Source: Eledone cirrhosa (lineage: Eukaryota). Taken from it: a stretch of DNA of 64,000 nucleotides. The stretch spans positions 204,600,001 to 204,664,000 of the forward strand of contig OZ024740.1 of assembly GCA_964016885.1 (NCBI GenBank), written 5' to 3'. Under the pieces are notes generated by a model that did no database searches, was not told the DNA's origin, and saw only the letters and a list, made by a program, of their open reading frames with translations. Positions 12,200 to 25,559 of this stretch are shown piece by piece; position 1 is the first letter of the stretch; each line of letters opens with the position of its first letter. Both the position numbers and the translations under genes were made by a program.

Positions 12200-12765
12200 A
12201 ATTTGCATCTGGAACCCTTATCTTCCTTAGAATATTGACCTCCTGGAAACTGTTCAGAGACATGTAACCAAGCGAATACCCTCCATCAGGCATCTACCAT
12301 ACTCTGAACGCCTTGCTTCCCTGGGCATGGATACATTGAAGCTCCATCTGGCAACTGACTTGGGAAACACCCACAAAATTATTAACCATCTTGCCAACAA
12401 CAACCCTGAGCACCTTTTTGAATTCCATGTGTCTAACACCCGTGGACATGCTCACAAAGTCAGAAAACAGCACAGCCCCCATGACTTTCAGAAACATTTT
12501 TTCATGCTTAAAGTTGCTGAAGCATGGAACAAACTACATGCATCAGTTGTTAGCTGCCGGGATACTGCATCCTTTAAAACCTCCATGCTTCCTGAAATTC
12601 ACCAACACTACAACTGTTATCCCCCCTCCATACACACACTCACATGTATGTCATGAATCATAGACTGTTCATTTTCCTGACATTTGCACATTATTCTGTG
12701 TACTATACGTGCACTTTTGATGAGTTGTAGTGTACCTTAGTACTATACATAATTTCATTATTATT
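12200..12765 (+). mobile_element. CR1-like LINE 3' fragment
   Basis: LPYSERLASLG...TRGHAHKVRK...FFMLKVAEAWNKL is a CR1 ORF2 end. (ATT)n tail. Confidence 0.8.
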
Positions 12766-13149
12766 ATATAAAGAGAGAAGTGGGTGTTTTAGGTATGAAA
12801 GTAACTGTTAGCACCAACTGTGTGTATTTAATATTATTTCATTAACTATAAACACCTCATTTATAAACTGAAGCAGACAACTAATAAAAATATGATACAT
12901 ACTCTCTCTCTTTCTCTCTCTCACACACACAAAAAAGAACCACACAACCACAGCACACACTCAGACACCCAATCATTATCATTATCCATTACTACATTGA
13001 CATTATCAGGTAACAATTGTATTGTAGAGTGAATCAGGTCACATACCAGACTATCATTTCCTGAATGAAACCAGATCAACCAGCCAACATCCACCACCTC
13101 TACACTAACATTACTACACTCCACCACTGTATGATTAATCACCTCTGCA

Positions 13150-13490
13150 CTCCACCACTACAACAACCTCCAACACTTTCCCCCACCACAACCTTCACCA
13201 ATACCACTACAATCCCCACCACCACCCCCAACACCTTCCCCCACCACAACCACCATCTTCACCTCTACCAATACCACTACAATCCCCCTCCATCACAACC
13301 TCCACTACAACCACCACAACTACCACCACAACCTCCATCTCCACCAATCCCCACTACAATCCCCACCACAACCCTCACCTCCACCAATACCACTACAATC
13401 CCCCTCCATCACAACCTCCACAACTACCACCACAACCTCCATCTCCACCAATACCACTACAATCCCCACCACAACCTCCACCTCAACACA
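13150..13490. repeat. C/A-rich degenerate minisatellite (CCACAACCTCCA-like)
   Basis: Repeated accaataccactacaatcccc and cacaacctcca motifs. Confidence 0.75.
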
Positions 13491-13772
13491 CATACACACA
13501 CACTATTGTATCTCAGAAGAAAGCTGGATGTGTAATTTAGTTTGTTGAGTTCTCTGTTCTGTAAATATAACATTTCATGTGAACAACAGATAATCACGCT
13601 AGGAGAAAAAGATATTGTTTAGTTATTTGTGTGTGTGTGCTTGTGTGCTTGTTTATGTGTGTATGTGCATTTATGTGTGCTTGTTTATGTGTGTATGTGC
13701 ATTTATGTGTGCTTGTGTCCATGTGAAAATTGGAGTATGTGGTTATGTGCATGTATGTGTGTACGTGCTTCT

Positions 13773-14200
13773 GGGGTGGTGGAGGTTGCAGAGTGGTGGA
13801 GTTGCAGAGGTTGTGGAGGTTGCGGAGGTTGCGGAGTGGTGGAGGTTGCGGAGTGGTGGAGGTTGTGGAGGGGTGGAGGTTGTGGAGGGGTGGAGGTTGT
13901 GGAGGGGTGGAGGTTGTAGAGTGGAGGAGGTTGTAGAGTGGAGGAGGTTGTAGAGTGGTGGAGGTTGTAGAGTCGTGGAGGTTGTAGAGTGGTGGAGGTT
14001 GTAGAGTGGTGGAGGTTGTAGAGTGGTGGAGGTTGCGGAGTGGTGGAGGTTGCGGAGTGGTGGAGGTTGCGGAGTGGTGGAGGTTGCGGAGTGGTGGAGG
14101 TTGTAGAGTGGTGGAGGTTGTAGAGTGGTGGAGGTTGTAGAGTGGTGGAGGTTGTAGAGTGGTGGAGGTTGTAGAATGGTGGAGGTTGTGGAGTGGTAAA
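13773..14200. repeat. 17-bp G-rich minisatellite (GTGGTGGAGGTTGTAGA, about 24 copies)
   Basis: Direct tandem repeat, preceded by TG-rich low-complexity sequence at 13625-13770. Confidence 0.92.
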
Positions 14201-14600
14201 GGTGCAAGGTTGCACCTCCACCACCTTCACCCTAGTGAAAGTCAAACAGTGCAGGAGTTTTTATCAGCAAAATGACCATCCCCAAATATAAAAAGGATGT
14301 TTATTCTTTCTGAAACTCACTTCACCCTTAGCTACATAATACAAAGCTGTTTATTTTAACCATTTCCTGACTGTATTTACAATGAAATACACTAATTCTA
14401 TTTATTAGTTAATTAATTAAGAATTTTGAAGGATTTAATAAAATGAAGTATTTCTTTACTAAGATAGTAATTTGACATGTTTCTTATAAAAAATTGTTTT
14501 CCTTTCGGCAGCCTTCTCTGCCACTCTACATTCATCACCCATGCATAACTCAGCAATAAATCTAGTGCAACTCTCTATAGAAACATCAACAATTCATTAC

Positions 14601-14727
14601 CAGACTTAAATTTAAACTGTTCTTGAACAAGGGTTTTCAGACGGCCTACTTCTCTTCGCTTGATCTCATCCAATTTTTGTCGAATACCATGATGTACCAA
14701 ATCTAAGTCATTGGAAATTGCACCACT
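14601..14727 (-). CDS. NUCB2: Nucleobindin coding exon 3
   Basis: cag|AGT...G|gtaatg. SGAISNDLDLVHHGIRQKLDEIKRREVGRLKTLVQEQFKFKS resembles NUCB SGxLSxELDxVxHHVRTKLDELKRQEVxRLR. 127 nt, ends in phase 1. Confidence 0.94.
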
Positions 14728-15601
14728 CTGTAATAGACATAAACAAAAATTATAACCCAATTCAGAAATGAAAATGAAAAATATATAAATCTCATATTTT
14801 TCATACAGTGGAGACCTTCACAGAAATAACATGCTTGATACTCATCAGTAGCATATTGCTGGGGGTGCGTAAGGATGCAGCTGCACCCTTCAAACAATTG
14901 TCGGAAAATACTTAAATTTTCAAAAAAATATTGTATACTTTGCTCGTTTATTTTAATTACAGGAAACATAATAATAAAGATTGTAAATTTGATGTTTCAA
15001 AATAAGTTTGTATTTTTTTTCATGTTTATATTATCATATATCATATTATCTCTCTCTTGTTTTTCTTTTTCTACCACTGTCAATATATTTATACACTATA
15101 AACTGTAGGTGTTGCTGCTTTCATAGAATATATCTCGTCAAGCATGTAAAGTGGTTGTGCTGGCGTGTCAAACAATATCGCCAATATACTGTCTAAAATT
15201 TGTCATTTTTGTCAGAAAATTATGAACATCTGCACCTCCAAAAATGATAGGAGCAATACACGTATGATACTCAATGTATAAGTTATCCTTAATAAATATT
15301 TCAATGTTTTATAATTATTTCAACCTTTTTATAATTATTTCAATGTTTTATAATTATATAATTAAAGCATCAGAGAAAATGTTTTGTGATATTCATTCTA
15401 GCTTTTTGCACAGTGTTTTCAAACCCCACCAAGGTCAACTTTGACTTTTATCCTTTTGAAGTCGATAAATAAAGTACTAATCCAGATCTGGGGTCATCAT
15501 CATCTCTCTCTCTCTCTCTCAGAAACAGGGTATGTTCAGACCATTCAACACTTTAGTGAGAGTAGATGCTATTTTGTCTGATTCACATATATATATATAT
15601 A

Positions 15602-16410
15602 CTAGCAGCTGAGCCCGGTTGCACCCGGGGCCACTTTTTATTAAGTTAATAATTTGAAAAATATTATTGAAAGTTTATTATAAAGAAGCAGTTTCAGGAA
15701 AAAAAATAGAAATATGCACTTGGGGCTGGACGGCGTACAATGAGAAGTGGGGCGACATGAAAAGCGTTGTTTATTAACAGCGAAATAGCAATGTCAATGA
15801 TATGCAATTTGAAAAATACTACTTACTGTTAGTGGTGGTTAACATGTATTAGAATTAAAATAAAAACACGCGTCCCTTCTTCGCAATTTAAGGGTTTTAT
15901 TTCTTTTGATGGAAAACTGACCGTACTACAGAATCGATTTCATAAAACGGTACTGTATGATTGTTAAATGTAGAAGGATGATAGTTTATTAACAGCGAAA
16001 TAGCAATGTCGATGATATGCAAATTTAAAAATGCATGTTATGAAGGTTTGTATGATAGTTTACACTTTTTCCTGAAACTGCTTCTTTATAATAAACTTTC
16101 AATAATATTTTTCAAATTATTGGTACTGTATGTTAACAGCGAAAGAACGTTGGTGAGTTTAAAAATTTGTATGAAATTGTAAATAAGACAAAAGTATTAG
16201 AACAGGGGGAAATAACTCACCGAACGCGATAGTTTTGGGGCCCCAGGGACCACATTTTTCAAGTTAGAGATTTGAAACCTCGTCTATTTGCTTCCTTGGC
16301 CCTTTTTACATAGGTGTGTAAATTTTCATGTCAGTCCGACCACGTCTACTACCATTTAACCGTGCACATCTGAATTTCAACCACCGCCCATTTCACAAAT
16401 ATATGTTAGA
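15602..16410 (-). mobile_element. Non-autonomous Helitron
   Basis: Minus-strand 3' end CCCGGGTGCAACCGGG...CTAG|T at 15602 and a TC start at 16410. Contains internal direct and inverted duplications. Confidence 0.65.
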
Positions 16411-17015
16411 TATATATATATCCAAACACACACACATATATATATATATATCAGACCAGGTGATGTGTTGTTTCCTTGAGCAAGACACTTTATTTCACAT
16501 TGCTCCAGTTTACTCAGCTGTAGAAATGAGATGATAGGGACTGGGGTCCCTATCATTCCACTGCAAAGTGGTCGTGGAGGTGCCACGGTAAAAAAGCACC
16601 CAGCACTCACTGTAAATGAGGTTGGTGTTAGGAAGGGCATCCAGCTGTAGAAATCAAGCCAAAATCAGTTCCCGTCCCACCCTTGCAAGCAGGGAAAAAG
16701 CGGACGTAAAATGAAATGATGATGAAATGATATATATGTTGCCTTCTGAAGGCTCCAATTGTCAAATCACAATCATTATTAATTGCAGTGGATTGGTATT
16801 ATCGATGGAGGGTCGGAGGCCATGCTTTGCAGCACAGAGTTACGGCCCTTTGTGGTCTGAGTTCATATTACACCGAGGTTAACTTTGCCTTTCATCTTTA
16901 CGGGGGTTGATACCAGTAATGCACTGGAATAATTGCTGGCCTTGTGCCAAAAGTAGAAACAATTATTAATAGAGTCTGAAATAATATCTGAAAGAACAAA
17001 ATAAATATCAAATAC

Positions 17016-17123
17016 CTTAATATATTGAAGATCAGATGTTTCCAGTTTTTTCTTAAAAGCAGGATCTTCCTCCAAAACTGTAACAATTTCATTTAAGTAA
17101 CGATCATAAGCAAGTCCCGTTTC
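17016..17123 (-). CDS. NUCB2: Nucleobindin coding exon 2
   Basis: tag|GAA...AAG|gtattt. ETGLAYDRYLNEIVTVLEEDPAFKKKLETSDLQYIK resembles the NUCB motif DTGLYYDxYLxQVIxVLETD. 108 nt. Confidence 0.93.
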
Positions 17124-17694
17124 CTAGTAAAAGAATTTTTAAAGATATCATTAAATTCAATTCTTTGTTCATACAAGAGTAAAGCTAAAATTCAATTCAA
17201 AACATACTTATATTTATTCCCAATTGTATAAATAAATAGCATTACAAATCATTTATAATTCTTACAGAATGAAAATAAACACAAATAATATATACAATAC
17301 TTAACAAATACATAAGATTAAATAGAAGAAAAAAAAGGTGAGAAGCAAAAACAAAAACAACCATCAATTCACCACCAAGTGCGACAATCAGCCACACATC
17401 ATACACGTCAACGGAATATTTTGAGACAAGCCAATATGCTGAAAACATTACCATGGGTGATGGTGAGGCTAAGGAACTGAAACAACCAGGCATCTTCACA
17501 GGCATCCCCCGACACCTCAGTAAGGCGATGACAAGAACTTCACTGCATCAGCCTGACTCCACAAAACTAATTTACAAATTTCTCCACCTGGAATATTATA
17601 GCAATTTCTCCCAACACTATCAATATTACTTTTGTGTCTTTCAGACTTTTTTTATACAATATATTCTTATTACTATGAAAGTTGACTTTTAATT

Positions 17695-17745
<51 letters not shown>

Positions 17746-20700
17746 TGTATTGCAGACAACCCTCAACTCCCGATGAAATCATAGCGGTGCCATCATATCA
17801 TGTGATACACTAGTCTTCTCCATCTCTCAGATTTTGTGTCTCCGTTAAAATTTGCCTACCCACTCTTTAATGTTCTCTCTGTCCATCTTTCATTTTGTAT
17901 GCCTCTCTCTTCCTCATAGGCTAATGAATCTTATTACATAGCCATAGCATCTTAGCTGTCTTTTCTTCACAGTTGTGAGGTATTCATGGAGGCCTAGTGA
18001 TGTTGGATTGTTCTGTGACATGGTTTATGTATGAGATGTCGAAGATGTTACAGTAGCTTATCTCTCTATCTCCGCATACATATGTGTTAGCTAATAAGCC
18101 TTCAGGGAAACATCCTTACAAAACAAATATCAAATCTAGAAGCTATATTTGATCTTTTTATCTTTTACCATCCTGTACTTGAAAATTATAAAGCAGTACT
18201 GTGGCTGTATCACATCAAAAATTGAAGACCTTACTTTAGTTTACTGAAAATTTCCATGATAATCTCTCTTCTGATAAAGATACTATATACATTTGAATTA
18301 ACGAATTCATATTTAAATATTCTCTGCTAAAGCATTACAGGGTGTTAAGAGTTAATGCTTCACAATCTCTAGTTAAGTTGTACTAGGTCATACCATGATT
18401 TTACTGAGTTTTTTTAAAAATCTTTAGCGATGAAGGATAAGGCAATGCTCATCGCAAAGTAAACTCCACTAAAAGTATCCAAGTGCCAAGAGGTGGTGTA
18501 AATTGTTTCTTTTCCTACCTTGTTATTTTAATTACTTTAAGCCTTTGTTTACGGTATTTCTATTGCAGATCGTTTTCAAATATTTTTGAAAAATAATTGT
18601 TTCTACTTTGGGCACAAGGCCAGCAATTACCCAGTACATTACTGGTACTTTATTTTATCGACTTCGTAAGGATGAAAGGCAAAGTTAACCTCGGCGGGAT
18701 TTGAACTCAGATCGTAAAGGGACCTAACCATTGTGGAAAACATGTCCAACTCTCTACCGATACTGCCAATTCACCAAAAATAATAATAAAAAAAACGTGG
18801 GAGGGATTTAGTAATATCTGTATAGGAAGAAATAAGTTAAAGCTCACAAGGTTGGGTAGAAACGGTCAGGGATAGGAAGTTAATCTCAGTAATATGCATC
18901 AGTAAATTTATAAGCAACACAATACCAGAGGAGCTAAATCAGTCTAAGAGAGACAACTCTAAGAGAGACATTTTTTTTAACGTGTGCGCGTAAGTTTGCG
19001 CCTACTCACGTTCAAATTACTTTTGTGGATGAATAGTTAAGAAGTTAACTTATCAAACATAAGCGTCCTGGTTCGATACCACTGCGTGGCATACTGGACA
19101 AGTGGCGGGCAAAGCCTTGTGAAATGAAACTGGACGGAAGGAAAATGTTAGGAAGTTTGTTAGGCTAACTGCACCTGTAATTCTCAGTACCACACTATCT
19201 CTCTTGGAATTATGTACACGTCTGTGGAATACTCAGCCATTTGTACCAGCATTGATTGAACAACAGAAACACCCATCGTCAATACCTGATTTGGCTGTGA
19301 AAAGCTATACGAATAAATGAAGAGACTGTATCGAGAATGACGTATTTTTGTATATACACACACTGTGTGTACATGTGTTTGTTTGCATACATGGATGTAT
19401 ATATATGTATGTATTTGTGTGTGCATGTGTGGTTCTCTGTGGTCGTAGTAGTTCACACTATAACAAAATATTGCATAAGTATATTTGTTTATGTTCTTAG
19501 AACATGGACATGATGTATCAGCAAAGTTGGTCATTCTTTGCTGTGGATGTCTGCAAAATTATATAGGACAAACAGGAATTTAATTACTACGCAAAAGAAG
19601 ACCATACACTGCTAACAAATCCGAGATGAAAACATGAGTCAAATCCTTTAAGTCGCCACATTGCAACATTTATAGAGTGGACAGGGTGATTTTTATCATG
19701 TCACCAGCATAATAAGAGCAAGCAACATTTCCTGAATGGACTGGGTGCTTTTTGTCATGACACTAGCACTGTGAGAGCAACATTTCTTGGGGGTGGCCTT
19801 GAAAAGAGTTGTGCTTGACAATATATTGTGGAGTGTGTCTGGCTTTCCATTCCGGCGTTCTTGGCCCCCAGACCACATCCCCACTCAGCACTATCAGAGC
19901 GGAGCTGGGTGCCTGCAGCGCCTCCCTCGCCGTTCTCTGAGGCAATACATTCTCCATCCTGTCGACCAGGACCCAGAAGGTAAGTTAGTTGGTGGTGGAG
20001 GATACACATTGTAGGCTATTAGTTAGCCTCTTTGGAAAACTTTCTCCAAGCATCAGTAGTATTTATTTAAATCGATCATTGGAAAATTTAGTTCAACTGC
20101 AGAAAAAAAAGGAAACATCTTAATTTTACCATTCCCAATCGTTTTCCAAATTTGGACAGGAAAAGTGTATCAGGGATATGGAAGGGGCAGGGAGACATTG
20201 TTTAATGTCTATTATTGCCTGTGCCAGACAGTCATGCTCTGAGATTAGGCCAGAAGGTGGTCATATCTAGTTTATACATTGTTTTAGGCATGACCTCCAT
20301 AGCTGCCCTACCCAACCACCTCTGAACATTTTATTGTTGTACTTGCCAAGCTTTTCATGTTGGCATGGGTTAACTGTGGAAGCAGAGGACTCTGTCTTTG
20401 TGTGTTGATTTGAGTTGGGCTGGATTACGAGGTGGAAAAGCTGACTTTCTATGCTAGAAAGAGTTGGATGAGCAATATGGGGGTGGAGGAAATGGGTGGG
20501 CAGGCTAAGATTCTAGATTTTGCTTCCATATCTTTATTTTCTTCTCTAATTCTGCTGCAGATTCAGCTATGAAGATTAAATCATCCACATATAGTTCCTA
20601 TGGGAAACCAGATTTAAATTTCTGTCATGACATGGAGGATAATAAACAGGAGAGGGCAGAGGACAGAGCTCTGATAGACCCCCACCTGCATGCTATAATC

Positions 20701-22029
20701 CCTCATTATATTCATTGTTAGCTCTAACCTTGCTGTACATGGCTTGTAAAGACTCATCTATCCTTAGTTTGCTGTGGTGCATCATTAGGAAAGATACGGC
20801 CCTTTACGGTTTGAGTTCAAATCCCGCCAAGATTAACTTTGCCTTTCACTCTTATGGGAGTCGATAAAATAAAGTACCAGTAATGCACTGGCATAATTAC
20901 TGGCCTTGGTCCAAAAGTAGAAACAATTATTAAAAGGCCCTTGCCATTCTGAGTTCAAATCCCGCCGACGTTAACTTTGCCTTTCATCCTTACGGGGGTC
21001 TATAAAATAAAGTACCAGTAATGCACTGGGATATTGCTGGTCTTGTGCCAAAAGTAGAAATAATTATTAAGAAAGATATAAGAATATGAAACAGATCGAC
21101 GAATGAGGGACTTTTGTGTTTTTCGTTTCACTGTTGGTAAATTTTCAACTGGCTTTTATTTATTGGAAGCTGTGACCCTATCGGGAGATAACCCGTTTTC
21201 GGAAGCGACAAATACGCCAATACGTTATTACCTCCCCTGTAATGAGTTTCTGAGACGTAATTTGAAATTTCCGCTCGTTGCTTTTTACACAAGCGCGCGC
21301 GCGCGCACAGCAATTGATCTTTTGTAAGTGGTAGGCGGAATGTAAACAATGAAATTGTCATTTTTCATTGTGTGAATCTCCGTACACCACGGAGGCTGTC
21401 GATCACACACGCACTAGATGTATATAATATATAGACGGAGTTACACACGCACTACTGAAGTAGTTGGCGATGGTATAACGACCAACGAAGAATGTCGAGT
21501 TTATAATCAGTCTACTACTTGTGAAAGATTGTCCTACCAGCTTATTCAGTATACAATTTTCTCTTGCTTTTAATATTCTTTCTCCTTTCCTTTAAGTGGA
21601 AATTATAATATCTTTTCACCTCTGTCTCCCTTTCTCACACCCCTAACCTGATTAACGATAAATGTAGTGGGGGGTGAGAGCAGTATAGAAGGGTCATTGG
21701 CTGCTACTACTACTACTACTACTCCCTCCGTTAGTCACTATGGTAACCATCACTACTACCGTCAACGTTAGTTGTTGTTTAGCTCCAGGTCAGTACTGAT
21801 ATAGGACACTTATATTTCAAAGGCATTCAACTAGCAACCATCCCATCCATTATCTTCAGACAGCTGGCATTACCGACTTTGTTTAGTCATAACTTTCATA
21901 ACATATTTTTAATAAAATTTTGCAGAGAAAAATTTTTGAAGGTGGCAGACGAAATAAGATTTTATAAAAAGAATTTTTTTTTTAATTGCTGTTTTCATAA
22001 TTCACAGTTGTAGAAGTGACATTGCTTAC

Positions 22030-22560
22030 GTTCCAGTATGTTCAGTATGAAATCTTATCCTCATTGATATTATTCGTTATCAACATGAAATAAATATGAG
22101 AAAGAAAGACAAGCAAAATTAAGTAATGAGAAAATGGGGAAGGGCAGATCTGGCTGTATGGGAAAGGACTATAAATGCCATAAATGAGAGGAAAAGGAAG
22201 GACTATAGAAGAGAGGGAGGGGGAATGGGCTCTGGGACTATGACACGGTGGTATGGGGGCTTCGCCCCGCGAACAAGACCACAAAAGCATTTTTGCGGAC
22301 AATGGCCAACGACACTTGCTGCAACAGACACCCTCACCTCGCGGGGCTCCTTCCTCGGGCGGGCTGCTGACGTTCCGATTTTGGAGCTCGGCGGTACAGA
22401 GTTTGAGTACGCCTGAGATCTCATGGCAACCGGTGCGAAGAGGAAGAGGCCAGACAATCCCCGATATTTCTTTGTCTTCTTTGTCCTCTGCATTGTGGGC
22501 CGCAGTACCGGGGTTTGGGGCCAAAGCAACTAAGCTGGAGGCGGAGAACATGTCACAAAA
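22030..22560 (-). mobile_element. CRE-like non-LTR retrotransposon 3' remnant (restriction-like endonuclease)
   Basis: Frameshifted PGTAAHNAEDK / KKYRGLSGLFLFAPVAM / EISGVL resembles the CRE-type motif AAxxAExxKxxKY...FxPxAxETxG. Confidence 0.6.
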
Positions 22561-24269
22561 TAAAATTGGAAGGCATGATGAAAATGTTACCGAGTTTACG
22601 TCTAGCTGCAATAGGTATCAATCGAAAGAATTCAATAAATGAAAGTAGCTGATAGAACTCAATACAATAAAAAAAGATTTTTTTTTTTTAATTAATTAAG
22701 ATTGTTTATATTAATTTCATCAACACATTCGAAAACACATTCTGCAAAATTCTATTTAAAAGATATGCGTTATTAAGAACTAACTTTGCCTTTCATCCTT
22801 ACGGGTTCGATAAAATAAAGTACCAGTAATGTACTGAGTAATTTCTGGCCTTGTACCATAGTAGAAACAATTATTAAGAACGTTATGAGGAAACACAGTC
22901 GGAAAGAGATACTAAACAACATTGCGTTTTCCCATAAAACGGGAGGATGTGATTTGAGAGAGGTTTTACTGTTATTTCCAGGGCCGGATTTAATGGAGGT
23001 TAGTGGTTTCGAAACCTTTTAAACCTACTCTGTTCGAAAAATATTGTCTTCAAATTATAAGTAAAATATCCCATTTTTGGTAGTTTCAGTCTTTTATTAG
23101 AATTATTTGGCTGTTTGAAATACCATATTCATCTTCAATACTTGGCGGTTTATTAAAAGGAAACTAGATCAATTCGATCCACAGCTATTTATCATAAAAT
23201 CACTTAACCTTTAACCCTACAAAATACTTCAGCAATGTTGGTATAGTCACTGCCTCCGTCTCTCACTGTCCCGGCAGGTTGTTTCTAATTAAACTGTAGA
23301 ATTCCTATGGAGTTGATATTAGGTATAGTGTCAACAGCAATAAAATAGCAACGTTTATAACCACAGTTGTAGGGGCAATTGTTAGCAACAGAGGTAGTTG
23401 CAGTACTGGAGGAGGAGGAATGGACATTAAAGAGGAAAATATAGTTATCGGCTGCTCAAGTAATAAAATATCAACGCTGTAGCCACAGTTGTAATAGTAA
23501 TAACTGTTTCTACTTTTGGCACAAGGCCAGCAATTATCTCAGTGTATTACTGGTACTTTATTTTATCGACCACGTAAGGATGACAGGCAAAGTTAACCTC
23601 GGCGGGATTTAGGTATAGTAATGGCGAGAGCAACAACTACAGCAATAGTATGAAATAGAGAAGGCTTGGATATTAACCCTTTCCTTACCATATTTCTAAT
23701 GAAACACACTGCCTATAACTTTCGAAATTTTTTTTTAATCGAGAATTTGGAGAGATTGTATTAATAAAACTTTCTCGTTATTAAGATGCTGTTTTGGGAC
23801 ATAAATTACCATGTTTCTAATGATAGACACTCATTTTGAAAATAATCAAGAATTTGGAGAGATTATGTAATGTAACTAGTTTTCTCAATATTAAACTGGT
23901 GTTTGGAACACAAATTCCCACATACAATTATGATGGGAGGTTTTTAGATAAACATGAACTCTTTAAAGCAAACAATTTTGTAATGTAGAATCTGAGGCGA
24001 CATGATGTCAAAAAGGGAAAAGATAAATTTAGGCAAGGGAAGGGACGATCTAACCATTAAGAGGGTGAGGTTATTTAAGGACAACATGATTTAAAATGTA
24101 TTCATTATTATAAAACAACTCAGTAATTTTGATCATTCTACCACTGATTAACACAACGTGCAATACAAAAAAAACAATTCTGTTAAAAGAAAAGACGGTA
24201 AAGAAATAAGAAAATATTCGGATGGAGAAAAAGTGGAGAAATATAGCTAGGTTAGAGTAAGACAGATAG

Positions 24270-24652
24270 CTACACGGGGGTAAAAATGTAGAGACAGATG
24301 GCTACACGGAGTGTAAATGTAGTGACAGATGGCTACATGGAGTGTAAATGTAGAGACAGATAGCTACATGGGGTGTAAATGTAGAGACAGATAGCTACAT
24401 GGGGTGTAAATGTAGAGACAGATAGCTACATGGGGTGTAAATGTAGAGACAGATAGCTACACGGAGTGTAAATGTAGTGACAGACGGCTACATGGGGTGT
24501 AAATGTAGTGACAGATGGCTACATGGGGTGTAAATGTAGTGACAGATGGCTACATGGGGTGTAAATGTAGAGACAGATAGCTATATGGAGTGTAAATGTA
24601 GTGACAGATGGCTACATGAGGTGTAAATATAGTGACAGATAGCTACATGGAG
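24270..24652. repeat. 31-bp minisatellite (GTAAATGTAGAGACAGATAGCTACATGGGGT, about 12 copies)
   Basis: Period 31 read directly. Internal inverted repeat ATGTAG...CTACAT. Confidence 0.93.
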
Positions 24653-25559
24653 TGACAGCTGTTTGAGGAGAGGCATTGAGTAGAGCTAGAGAAATAGATC
24701 GGGCAGGGTTTCGGATTTGAGTAGATTTAGAGAAATACATTGGCGAAATAGAGGGCGATGGTATGGGGTAACTGAAGGAAAACACATAGTTGAATAAATG
24801 AAGTGTTTGAGAAAAATATATGTTGGTAGGTAGATCAGAGAGGAAAAATAATGGTTGAGAGATGTACAGCTGAATAATTGAGAGAAAGAAACCGATTGAA
24901 AATCGCAACCTTAATAAATAAGGGGAGAACTGTAAGGAGGGAAATATTTACATAGCTACAATGAGTAGTAAAAAAAATAGGATTTGGGTCGTTGTACATG
25001 TGTCTGTGTGTGCAAGGAGATAGAACTGTATAGGGAGAGAGCGTATAACAGCATATATGAACAAACAGTGAGTCACATACGCAACACACCAACACATGAT
25101 GAGACAGAAAATTAAGGTAGGAAAGAATAAGAAAGAAATAAAAGAATGTAGTGGGGGAAAAAAAGAAAGAAAAGATGTGATAAAATAAAGAATGCAGGAA
25201 CGTAAGCACCCTCAAGACATATTTCACAGACTTTTGTCCTGTCAATAAACTTGGCCACTTACCAAGCATACATTAAAATCTATTCCCTCGAAATTTATGC
25301 AAAGAATTTCTTATGCCACTCACTGCTGAATTTATTTTCTTTTTCTTTCTTTTTTTTACTTTTTTTAAAATAAAAATATCCAATATGACATTTAAAAGAA
25401 ATATTTGCTTGATTTATTCTAGCTTTCTTATTAAAACCAAAAACTGTATGCTAAAAGTATTAGCAAAAAGTCTGTTGGGAGAAAGAATATAATCAATTCA
25501 ATCAATCCAAGAATGTTAATAGCCTGAAATATTTATTTTACTAAATAGAAAATTTGATA

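Noticed and set aside
13065-14245. Pro/Thr/Gly-rich ORFs on both strands
   Set aside because: By-products of stop-poor minisatellites, with no splice or homology support.
19640-20770. Nested host gene exons
   Set aside because: No coherent ORF or splice structure. Fragments resemble decayed RTE-type RT sequence, such as a VGVxQxSVLxPLLFII-like stretch at about 20640-20690 on the minus strand.
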